Below are positions 44,372 to 52,372 of a DNA stretch of 64,000 nt, piece after piece (position 1 is the stretch's first letter; the number at the start of each line of letters is the position of its first letter). Where the stretch lies: the IMG/VR virus record IMGVR_UViG_2558860386_000003; one strand, given 5' to 3'. This DNA comes from a virus. The notes beneath the pieces were generated by a model. It saw only the letters and a program-made list of their open reading frames with translations, was not told the origin of the DNA and did no database searches. A program made the translations under genes and the position numbers.

Positions 44372-45769
44372 TTGGCAGCTCTCAAGCAAATTAACGGCGT
44401 CCCTGGATGGGCAACTGAGTTTTTGCGCCACAACGGCTATGTATGCAGCAACACAATGGATGAGTTCATCACCAATTGGTGGGGTTGGTACCAGGCTGAA
44501 AACAGCTTTTATGACCCTACGGCAGGGCAGACGTTTGTTAAGCGCGACGCGCCAAACAAGCATCTAAGTTTGCGCCCCGCACGTGCGGTTGCCGAAGAAT
44601 GGGCAACGCTTGTCATGGATGAGAAGACCCAGATTAGTGCCGAGGACGCAGCACTGAACACATGGCTAGAAGAGCGCTTTGGTGATTTTGTCGGTGAGCA
44701 GGCAGACAACCTTGCTCTTGCATTTGCACTGGGCACTGGTGCGTGGAGCTGCAATTACGAGGGCACAGAAGGATCTACGAAAGCGTCAATTGCTTTTCAT
44801 GACGCAGGAAACATCATTCCGCTTCTGTCAGATGGCGCAAACTCTGTCTCATGCGCATTTACCGATTGTGTGTTGGTAGATGGGCGTATGCTTGACCGTC
44901 TACAGGTACACGAGCCTGTAGAGGGCACCTACCATGTGCGTACGTGGCTGTTTGACCAGAAGAACCACAACGTGCCTGTAGAGTGTGAGTCTGTAACCCC
45001 TGACCTCGATACGCGCTGTTCTATCCCCACATACGCCTTGGTGCGCCCAGCTATTGCCAATACGTATGTTGACGCGTCTCCCCTTGGCGTGAGTGTATTC
45101 AATGACGGCATCGATGCCATTAAATGCGTAGATGAAGCATTCGACCGCAGCTATTGGATGCTGCGCTTATGCCAGCCACGGGTGATGGTGGACGAGACCG
45201 CAGTCAAGCGCAATGTACAGTCCGGAGAAGTCGAGCTGTCATCCACGCTTGACCAGCGCATGTTTAGGCCAGTGAAGACCAGCGGCGTGAGTGGTCAGAC
45301 CCCACTTACGGTATATGCACCTGACTTGCAGGCAGATGCCACCGATGCGTCCATTAACTCCGCGTTGTCTCTCATGAGCTTTAAATGCGGTTTTGGCCCT
45401 AACTACTTTAGCTATTCGCGCCAGTCTGGCCTGCGCACTGCTACCGAGGTTTCCAGCGATAACTCGCAGCTATTCCGTAATGTCCGCAAACACGAGCAGC
45501 AAGTGGGTAAGGCTCTAAAACGACTGTTTGCCGGCGCCTATGCGTCTGAATGTGCTCTATGTGGCGTTGTGCCCACATCTGTTGATGTAGACATCACATG
45601 GGACGATTCAATCGTGGAGGACACCGCCACAGAACGTGCCCAGATGAAGGATGACATTGCACGCAATCTTGCGCCTGCATGGCTGTATCCTATGCGCTTT
45701 TACGGCATGAGTGAGGACGAAGCACGCGCACTCGTTAATGCTACGGCAAAGCTGCCTGAGGAAGCCTAA
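44372..45769 (+). CDS. Portal protein (A118/SPP1-like)
   Basis: SPLGVS.F, TATEV.S, WDDSI motifs; after terminase. Confidence 0.88.
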   Translation: MAALKQINGVPGWATEFLRHNGYVCSNTMDEFITNWWGWYQAENSFYDPTAGQTFVKRDAPNKHLSLRPARAVAEEWATLVMDEKTQISAEDAALNTWLEERFGDFVGEQADNLALAFALGTGAWSCNYEGTEGSTKASIAFHDAGNIIPLLSDGANSVSCAFTDCVLVDGRMLDRLQVHEPVEGTYHVRTWLFDQKNHNVPVECESVTPDLDTRCSIPTYALVRPAIANTYVDASPLGVSVFNDGIDAIKCVDEAFDRSYWMLRLCQPRVMVDETAVKRNVQSGEVELSSTLDQRMFRPVKTSGVSGQTPLTVYAPDLQADATDASINSALSLMSFKCGFGPNYFSYSRQSGLRTATEVSSDNSQLFRNVRKHEQQVGKALKRLFAGAYASECALCGVVPTSVDVDITWDDSIVEDTATERAQMKDDIARNLAPAWLYPMRFYGMSEDEARALVNATAKLPEEA

Positions 45770-47532
45770 TGGTTGATAAGAACCTTGATGCGTTTATTGA
45801 GGACGTCGTACATGGCGCGCTTGAGGATTACGTCGAGAAGATGAGCTCGCGTCTGACGCAATATCTTTTGTCTGGCGTAGATAATCCAGACATGCTCTCT
45901 ACGCTCGCTGCCCGCGCCAAGAGCGACGCTATGGCCATCTTTACCAAATACAAAGGACGCATTAGCAAAGAGACGCGTGAAGCGTTTCTAGAAGCTGTAG
46001 AAAGCTACGAGGTGGAAGTTGAGCAAGCGCTAGAGAAGCTGCACACAAAGCGTCAACTCACCAAGCAAGGTGCGCTGGAGTTTGCGCAGGCTGCACGTGG
46101 TATTGGTGAGATTGTAAGCCGCCAAAATATCGCTTTGGCAAACACCATGGCCACCACGTGGTATACAATCGCTGCAAACGCCATTGTGCGCCGTGAGCTA
46201 GGCGATTCGCGCCGAGCAATTATGGAAGATGCTGTGCGCGCTTTGTCAGACGCAGGCATTGAGACTGTCGATTACAAAAGCGGCGTGAAGACAACTATTG
46301 ACGCTGCTGTGCGCCGTCACATTGTCTCTCAAGTGTCCCAGGCAAAAGCGCAGATTCTAAGTGACAAGTGCGACGAATACGACCAAGACTTAGTATTCGT
46401 CTCCGCGCATTTTGGTGCGCGCCCATCACATGCCATGTGGCAGGGCAAGGTGTATTCACGAAGCGGTACAAGCGATAAATACCCAAGCCTGGACGAAGGC
46501 ACGGGATACTCTGGCACAGGTCCGTTTGCGGCACTTGGAGACCGTCTGTGTGGTGTTAACTGCCAACATGAGATGGTGCCGTATATGCCTGGTCTGTCAC
46601 AGTTGCCCGACTTAAGCTTTGAGAAGGAACAGAAACGCTATGGCATGACCAGCGAGGAATACTACAAGGCCACGCAAAAGCAGCGCGCACTAGAGCGCAA
46701 GGTGCGTAAGTACAAACGCCGTATAGCTCTTGGCCAAGAGCAAGGCTTAGACATGGCGCCAGACCGCTACAAGCTAGGCCGCACACAGGCGCTGCTGCGC
46801 GAGCATTGCCGTGCGAATGGGCTTACACGTCTGTATGAGCGTGAGCGCGCTTATGGTGTTAAGAAACAGCCTAGAGGTCTTGGGCGGATTGATTTTAAGA
46901 ATACGAGGGCAATTGAACGTGAAGAGCTAGAGCGGTCTATTAAAAAGAAACGTAACGCTGCTTCAGAAGAGCAGATCAAAAGAGCCACGGTCAATCTTAA
47001 TAAGCTTAATTCAAAGAAATATGCTCAACAATTTAAGCGTATTGCAGAAAACAAAAAGACAAAACACGAGCTATTAAAGCAGGCAAAACGCCTGTTAACT
47101 AAAAACTCTGGAACTCTAAAAGAGGGTATGGCGTTTATTGATTCACGTACCGGTGAAGTATTTTGGTCGGTTGCATCTGGTAAAGATGACCAACAGGTTA
47201 GCGCTCCCGTGTCAGCGGTTAGAGAAATCAGGCGTAGGAACAGAGAAGCTGGCAGAAAAGTGGTTATTGCTATTCACACTCATCCATTAAGTACACCGCC
47301 TTCTCCAGATGATTTTGAATCATGTGCAAGAAAGGGGTACAAGAAGGGCTACGTAGTAGCAGTTGATGGAAGTGTTTACGAATACACTGCAGAAGGGCGT
47401 CACATAACACGACGGCTTATATCAGAAGCTATCCTTGATAGTATTTATATACATGCAGACACAAAAACAGCTATACTTGAAGCAATTAAAGGTCTTTCAA
47501 AGGACTACGACATATCATGCAGAGAACTCTAA
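45769..47532 (+). CDS. Minor capsid protein (phage minor capsid 2 type) with C-terminal JAB/MPN domain
   Basis: VSAH.GARP.H..WQGKVY, L.GVNC.H, QKQRALER; C-terminal E...HTHP...PSPDD. Confidence 0.85.
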   Translation: MVDKNLDAFIEDVVHGALEDYVEKMSSRLTQYLLSGVDNPDMLSTLAARAKSDAMAIFTKYKGRISKETREAFLEAVESYEVEVEQALEKLHTKRQLTKQGALEFAQAARGIGEIVSRQNIALANTMATTWYTIAANAIVRRELGDSRRAIMEDAVRALSDAGIETVDYKSGVKTTIDAAVRRHIVSQVSQAKAQILSDKCDEYDQDLVFVSAHFGARPSHAMWQGKVYSRSGTSDKYPSLDEGTGYSGTGPFAALGDRLCGVNCQHEMVPYMPGLSQLPDLSFEKEQKRYGMTSEEYYKATQKQRALERKVRKYKRRIALGQEQGLDMAPDRYKLGRTQALLREHCRANGLTRLYERERAYGVKKQPRGLGRIDFKNTRAIEREELERSIKKKRNAASEEQIKRATVNLNKLNSKKYAQQFKRIAENKKTKHELLKQAKRLLTKNSGTLKEGMAFIDSRTGEVFWSVASGKDDQQVSAPVSAVREIRRRNREAGRKVVIAIHTHPLSTPPSPDDFESCARKGYKKGYVVAVDGSVYEYTAEGRHITRRLISEAILDSIYIHADTKTAILEAIKGLSKDYDISCREL

Positions 47533-47765
47533 TATATCCACCAGAAAATATTTATGACCCAGCTTATGGGCTTAATTGCCTTTACAAAGGTGTACCTGTT
47601 CATGAGGTCTCTCGAATCCATAAGAAGATTCATGAACTTCTAGATGCTGGAATACCAAAACCGTACGTCTTGCCTTATGAAATAAATGATGGTGATGAAT
47701 TGTACGATTACCCGAAGCACGTTACACCAGAAGAACGCGAACGAATAGAACGAGTCGGATATTAA
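47517..47765 (+). CDS. Small protein, candidate immunity/partner of the JAB domain
   Basis: 82 aa, overlaps 3' end of upstream gene. Confidence 0.55.
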   Translation: MQRTLIYPPENIYDPAYGLNCLYKGVPVHEVSRIHKKIHELLDAGIPKPYVLPYEINDGDELYDYPKHVTPEERERIERVGY

Positions 47766-47786
47766 TCTCAGCTATTTAGCATCTCC

Positions 47787-47815
47787 TACCCTCCCTACAT
47801 GGGAGGGTATTTTTA
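47787..47815 (+). terminator. Terminator after the minor capsid cassette
   Basis: TACCCTCCC/GGGAGGGTA + TTTTT. Confidence 0.8.
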
Positions 47816-47888
47816 TGCCGTTACCCCACATTGAAACTTCTTTGTGACAAGGCAACCTGCCAAAAATCACGAAGAAGGGAAAATAAAC

Positions 47889-48437
47889 ATGCCTAATGCT
47901 AATGGCGAGGGAGTAGCAACTCCCCAAGACCCCAAGGCTGGCGAGGGCACACAGCCCCAAGACCCACAGGCGCAAACTGCATCCGCACAGACCCCCACAG
48001 GCGAGGGCACACAGCCCCAAGACCCCAAGGGTGCGTCCAATGGCGAGCAGACGGTTAATTACCACAAGTACGAGCGCGATATTGCCAACCGCGACAAGAC
48101 TATTGCAGAGCTTAAGGCACAGCTTGAGCAGAGCGGCAAGTCTGCATCTGATGTAGACAAGCTGCAAAGCGAGCTTGCAGAGCTTAAGGACAGTCTTGCA
48201 ACTGAGAAAGCCAATGCAGCTCTTAGCGCTGCTGGCTGCGTAGACACAGAGCTTGGTCGTGTAGCGCTTAAAGCATTCGATGGCGATATTGAAAAGCTTA
48301 AGGCAGAAAAGCCTTATCTGTTCAACCAGCCTAAAAGCGTAAGTACTGGTGGCTCTTCTGCAGGTACGCCCAGTTCTGCAGCGAAGCTTGAGAAGGCTGC
48401 ATACGAAGCTGCAGGACTTACCCCACCAAAACACTAA
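47889..48437 (+). CDS. Scaffolding protein
   Basis: Low-complexity N-terminus, coiled coil, PYLF motif. Confidence 0.8.
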   Translation: MPNANGEGVATPQDPKAGEGTQPQDPQAQTASAQTPTGEGTQPQDPKGASNGEQTVNYHKYERDIANRDKTIAELKAQLEQSGKSASDVDKLQSELAELKDSLATEKANAALSAAGCVDTELGRVALKAFDGDIEKLKAEKPYLFNQPKSVSTGGSSAGTPSSAAKLEKAAYEAAGLTPPKH

Positions 48438-48450
48438 GTAAGGAGCATTT

Positions 48451-49260
48451 ATGCCTAACACAATTAGCAAGTTTCCCGAGGTATTTACCAAGGCTCTCGA
48501 CGAGGTGCTAGTCACATCGTCCTATGCTGCTCGCTATAGCGACCCTGGCGCAGAGTTCGTAAATGCCAAGACCGTAAACGTGCCTGACATTACGTTTGCG
48601 TCTGATACCGTAAATGATTACGACGGTTTCAAGACCAAAAACGATGTCACTTTGTCTTATACGCCTTACACGCTTGAGCACGACAAGCAGGCATCCTTTG
48701 ACATTGACGCCGTGCAAGACATCGATACCGCTGCAATCCTTTCTACAAAGGCAGCATCTGAGTATCAGCGCACCATTTTCTTGCCCGCTGTAGATAAGGA
48801 CTTCTTCAAGACCGCTGCTGCTAAGGCTAAGACCACAGGCTCCGAAGCTATCACCAAGGACAACATCAAGGCAGAGATTCGCAAGGCACGCACGCAGTTT
48901 ACCGAAGTCGGTCTTTCTGGTGGCGACCTGTACATGTCTTCTACTGCCTTAGCTGCTCTTGAGGATGCTGTAGACCGCCAATTCAGCAATGAGACGAACA
49001 TCATTGATACTGTCGGCTCTTACGATGGCTTTACCATCTTTGAGGTTCCTCAGGCGCTTTTGGGCGAAAACGTGGACTTCATTGTCATTTCTGGCGGTAA
49101 GAACACTATCCGCTATATCGTCAAGCGCGCCGTGGCTTATTTGTTCGCCCCTGGCACTCATGTTAATGGTGACTGCTGGCTGTCTCAATTCCGCTGGGTA
49201 TTCGGCTCCATTGTCAAGAAGAACAAGAAGGCCGGTATTTACGTAAACAAGCACGCCTAA
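48451..49260 (+). CDS. Major capsid protein
   Basis: Position after scaffold; L.HDK...F.ID..D motif. Confidence 0.8.
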   Translation: MPNTISKFPEVFTKALDEVLVTSSYAARYSDPGAEFVNAKTVNVPDITFASDTVNDYDGFKTKNDVTLSYTPYTLEHDKQASFDIDAVQDIDTAAILSTKAASEYQRTIFLPAVDKDFFKTAAAKAKTTGSEAITKDNIKAEIRKARTQFTEVGLSGGDLYMSSTALAALEDAVDRQFSNETNIIDTVGSYDGFTIFEVPQALLGENVDFIVISGGKNTIRYIVKRAVAYLFAPGTHVNGDCWLSQFRWVFGSIVKKNKKAGIYVNKHA

Positions 49261-49271
49261 GGAGCGCCTAG

Positions 49272-49604
49272 GTGACCCCTACTCTGACATACGAGATTTA
49301 CCGTCAGACGCACAACAAGCTGCAGGAGGATGAGCTTAAAACCGTCCTTCCTGCGGCACGTGCGCGCCTTATCGCCATTACTGGCAGAGATATCCCCAAC
49401 ATTTGGGAGCTAGATTGGCTGGCCGCCTTATCCGAGCTGTGCGAGCGTGTAGCAGGCGCTGGATACGCAGAAGAAGGTATCAAGCAGGAGACCATCGGTG
49501 GCACCACTAAGGTCTACACAGAAGCCAAGGCAAACCAGGGCGACATAGACGCTGTAGCGCCTTGGCTGTATGGCACAGGTCTTTTGTACTGCGGATTGGC
49601 GTAA
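49272..49604 (+). CDS. Head-tail connector
   Basis: Position; L.GTGLLY.G C-terminus. Confidence 0.65.
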   Translation: MTPTLTYEIYRQTHNKLQEDELKTVLPAARARLIAITGRDIPNIWELDWLAALSELCERVAGAGYAEEGIKQETIGGTTKVYTEAKANQGDIDAVAPWLYGTGLLYCGLA

Positions 49605-49610
49605 GAGCCT

Positions 49611-49922
49611 ATGGCTATCGCATCTGACACAATCACCGTTTGGCATAACACGGGCACACCCAAACAGGCGCAGTGGATTCGTAGCGTTGTTTCTGGGTGT
49701 CGTATCGACTGGGCAGTCGGGTATATCCCGTCAGGTGTTGGCCCCGTAGCGCAGACCTCCATGAAGGCGTACTTATTCAAGCGCCTAGACATCGTAGCAG
49801 GTGACCGCATAGCAGTTGGTGCGGACGACTCGGAAACTCCTCCACACGACTCTATGCGCGTGTCCATCGTTTCTGTTTGGTCTGATAAGGGGCACTTCCA
49901 CCACATGGAGGTGAGCGCATGA
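49611..49922 (+). CDS. Head closure protein
   Basis: Position; HH.EV C-terminus. Confidence 0.6.
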   Translation: MAIASDTITVWHNTGTPKQAQWIRSVVSGCRIDWAVGYIPSGVGPVAQTSMKAYLFKRLDIVAGDRIAVGADDSETPPHDSMRVSIVSVWSDKGHFHHMEVSA

Positions 49923-50281
49923 GGGTAACCCACCAGTTTGGCGGCGTGAGTATCAAAGAGCTTGAGCGCAGGGGCGACAATGCCTTACAGGCAGCATGTT
50001 TTGTGACGGCAGAAAACGCATTAAGCGACTGTAAGCCTAATATTCCTTATTTGAACGGTGACCTTATCGGCAGCGGCAAGACTAAGCCAGGACAAACCGA
50101 CTGTGAAATCATGTGGGGCACTGACGATGACACCGCCAAATACGCACGCTATCAGTACTACACCAAGGGTCTTACGCATCCCAAACAAGGCACTGACCAC
50201 TGGTTCGAAAAAACGCGTGCTGTACGAAAGGACGCCTGGGGAAAGATTTTTGCCCAAAAAGCTAAGGAGATGATGGGATAG
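49919..50281 (+). CDS. Neck / minor capsid protein
   Basis: YARYQYY, WFEK motifs. Confidence 0.7.
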   Translation: MRVTHQFGGVSIKELERRGDNALQAACFVTAENALSDCKPNIPYLNGDLIGSGKTKPGQTDCEIMWGTDDDTAKYARYQYYTKGLTHPKQGTDHWFEKTRAVRKDAWGKIFAQKAKEMMG

Positions 50282-50688
50282 TGACTGACTTAACTCCATG
50301 TGTACTTGAATGGGCAGAGCAGCTACTAGATCCAATCAGCGTTTCACTGGGAGAGTTTTCAACAATCCTAGGAGTATCGGCACAGCTCCAGCCAGCACCC
50401 ACACAAGCGATACTGCGCAAGTATTTAAGTGGTGGAGGAATCTACCAGTATGGCTATGAGCTATACATCAAATGCCGCCCAGAAGACGAGCGCGGACGTA
50501 TTGACGCTTTGGCGGAGCTAAACAAGATAGCAGATGCCATTGACCGTGGAGTCTGCCCTGTGCATCCCCAAGGTGTTGCGTGGTATGGCCACGAAGTAAC
50601 GGCACGTCCTAACAAACTCTCATCTTATGAAGACGGCAGCGAAGTTTACCAACTAATCGCAATTCTTACTTATATTGAAAGGACTTAA
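50281..50688 (+). CDS. Tail terminator-like protein
   Basis: Position before major tail protein. Confidence 0.6.
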   Translation: MTDLTPCVLEWAEQLLDPISVSLGEFSTILGVSAQLQPAPTQAILRKYLSGGGIYQYGYELYIKCRPEDERGRIDALAELNKIADAIDRGVCPVHPQGVAWYGHEVTARPNKLSSYEDGSEVYQLIAILTYIERT

Positions 50689-50689
50689 C

Positions 50690-51205
50690 ATGGCTAAAGA
50701 ACGCGAGCTTATGGGCATCTATGAGCTTCAGCATTACCTCGGTTTTTACACCGCAGACACGCTAGGCGACATGTTGCGTGTAACCGAGACCACCAAGGCG
50801 GAGATGAAGACCGACAACAACGAGTACTCCCCTAAGTATCTTGACCGCAAGAACCAGCCCAAATACATCACTGGTCGAACCACTACCATTGAGTTTGAGC
50901 TTGACGCGGTTCTTCCTGGTGATGTTCAGGCGGCAATTGCAAAGCATGAGGATGATATTAACGTCCCTTGCATGTATATGCGCACACTCGACCGCGACAT
51001 TGCAACTGGCGTGAAGTGCGCCGCAGACAAGCTTATTGCTAAACGCGCAACTGCCACCATGACCCCCTCTCCCATCTCTGGAGAAGCAGGAGACCCCGCA
51101 AAGCTTTCCTGCACGGTATCTCTCAATGGCGACTGGGAGTACGGCACTTATGACCCCAAGACCAAGAAGTTTACGGCTACTGTAGCTCCTGGCATTGGTG
51201 GATAA
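50690..51205 (+). CDS. Major tail protein
   Basis: Position; GTYDP.TK.FT C-terminus. Confidence 0.75.
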   Translation: MAKERELMGIYELQHYLGFYTADTLGDMLRVTETTKAEMKTDNNEYSPKYLDRKNQPKYITGRTTTIEFELDAVLPGDVQAAIAKHEDDINVPCMYMRTLDRDIATGVKCAADKLIAKRATATMTPSPISGEAGDPAKLSCTVSLNGDWEYGTYDPKTKKFTATVAPGIGG

Positions 51206-51326
51206 GACATACAAGCACCTATCTTTTGACTAGCGTTTCCTCTCCTGGCGGCCATCCTTGTGATGGCCGCTTTGCGTTACCTGCGCCCGAAGATATGCGC
51301 AAGTAAAATCCACCGCAGGAGGAAAC

Positions 51327-51770
51327 ATGCCTAAAAAGACAGGAACAAATGCACCTAAAAAGACGTCTACCAAGAAAAAGCAAGCAGACGTAATCCAGTT
51401 CAAGGCGCCCACCAACCCTACACTGGCCATTGATGTGGACGGCGCAATTTATCATCTAGAGCTTGGCAACATGACGTATGCCCTTGAGATTCGCGCTCTT
51501 ATCCAAGAGATTAGCAAGCTCGAAGGAGCAGATACTAAAGATGGCCTTGATGCCATGCAAGAGATTTCTGACCGTGGTATGGCCATTATCGAGTCTGCAT
51601 TTATCGAGCCTGATGTGGCGCAAAAGCTTATGGGTGGTCGCAATCGTTCTAATATCACGCGTCTTTTGGCAGTCCTGAACTTCATCTTGGACAACACTAC
51701 GTCGCAAAAAAGCATTGATGCCATGTCTGCCAGCATCGAACAATTTGCCACCACATCCGATGAAGACTAG
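51327..51770 (+). CDS. Tail assembly chaperone
   Basis: Position between major tail and tape measure genes. Confidence 0.65.
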   Translation: MPKKTGTNAPKKTSTKKKQADVIQFKAPTNPTLAIDVDGAIYHLELGNMTYALEIRALIQEISKLEGADTKDGLDAMQEISDRGMAIIESAFIEPDVAQKLMGGRNRSNITRLLAVLNFILDNTTSQKSIDAMSASIEQFATTSDED

Positions 51771-51772
51771 CA

Positions 51773-52369
51773 ATGGACTGGCTCACTCGTCCCTTACCAG
51801 ATACAGTTGAGATTGCAGGGCAGCACGTTAAAATCCGTACAGGATGGAGGCGTGCTGTCCGCTCCTATATCCTGCAATCGTCCAATGAAGATGGGCTTAA
51901 CCTGACGGACGCTACAGCACTTCTCACGTCATGGTTTGCGCGCAATGGGCAAATACCCCAAATCGTCAAAGACAACCCGTATATGGCGCTTAGCGCGGCT
52001 TACGATTGGCGCGATAGTGCCTTTTGCCAAGCTATGCCATACGGTGATGGCAGCAGTGACAATACCAGCAAAAAGACGTTTGACTGGGAAGCCGACAGCG
52101 GCATTGTGCGCATCGACTTTAAGCACATTTACGGAATAGACATCTCAGTCTACCAAGCTCATTGGTATGAGTTCGCATTGCTATTTAGCGGTATGTGTGC
52201 CATGGACACACTAACATCAAATGCCATGCAAGCAAGGCGCCCGCTGCCAAGTGATGCCGCAGACTATGAGCGCAAACAACATAGGGCGCTTGAGAGAGCC
52301 TGGTCGTTACCTCTCACGGAATATGAGCGTGTAAAGATGCACAACGCCCGTATTCTGGAGGAGTGGTAG
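51773..52369 (+). CDS. Gp15-family tail chaperone
   Basis: LP.TV.I.G, FD...D...I...F...YGID, HW.EF..LF. Confidence 0.8.
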   Translation: MDWLTRPLPDTVEIAGQHVKIRTGWRRAVRSYILQSSNEDGLNLTDATALLTSWFARNGQIPQIVKDNPYMALSAAYDWRDSAFCQAMPYGDGSSDNTSKKTFDWEADSGIVRIDFKHIYGIDISVYQAHWYEFALLFSGMCAMDTLTSNAMQARRPLPSDAADYERKQHRALERAWSLPLTEYERVKMHNARILEEW

Positions 52370-52372
52370 CAC

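Noticed and set aside
47906..48030. GCGAGGGCACACAGCCCCAAGACCC direct repeats
   Set aside because: In-frame GEGTQPQDP repeats of the disordered scaffold N-terminus; ordinary
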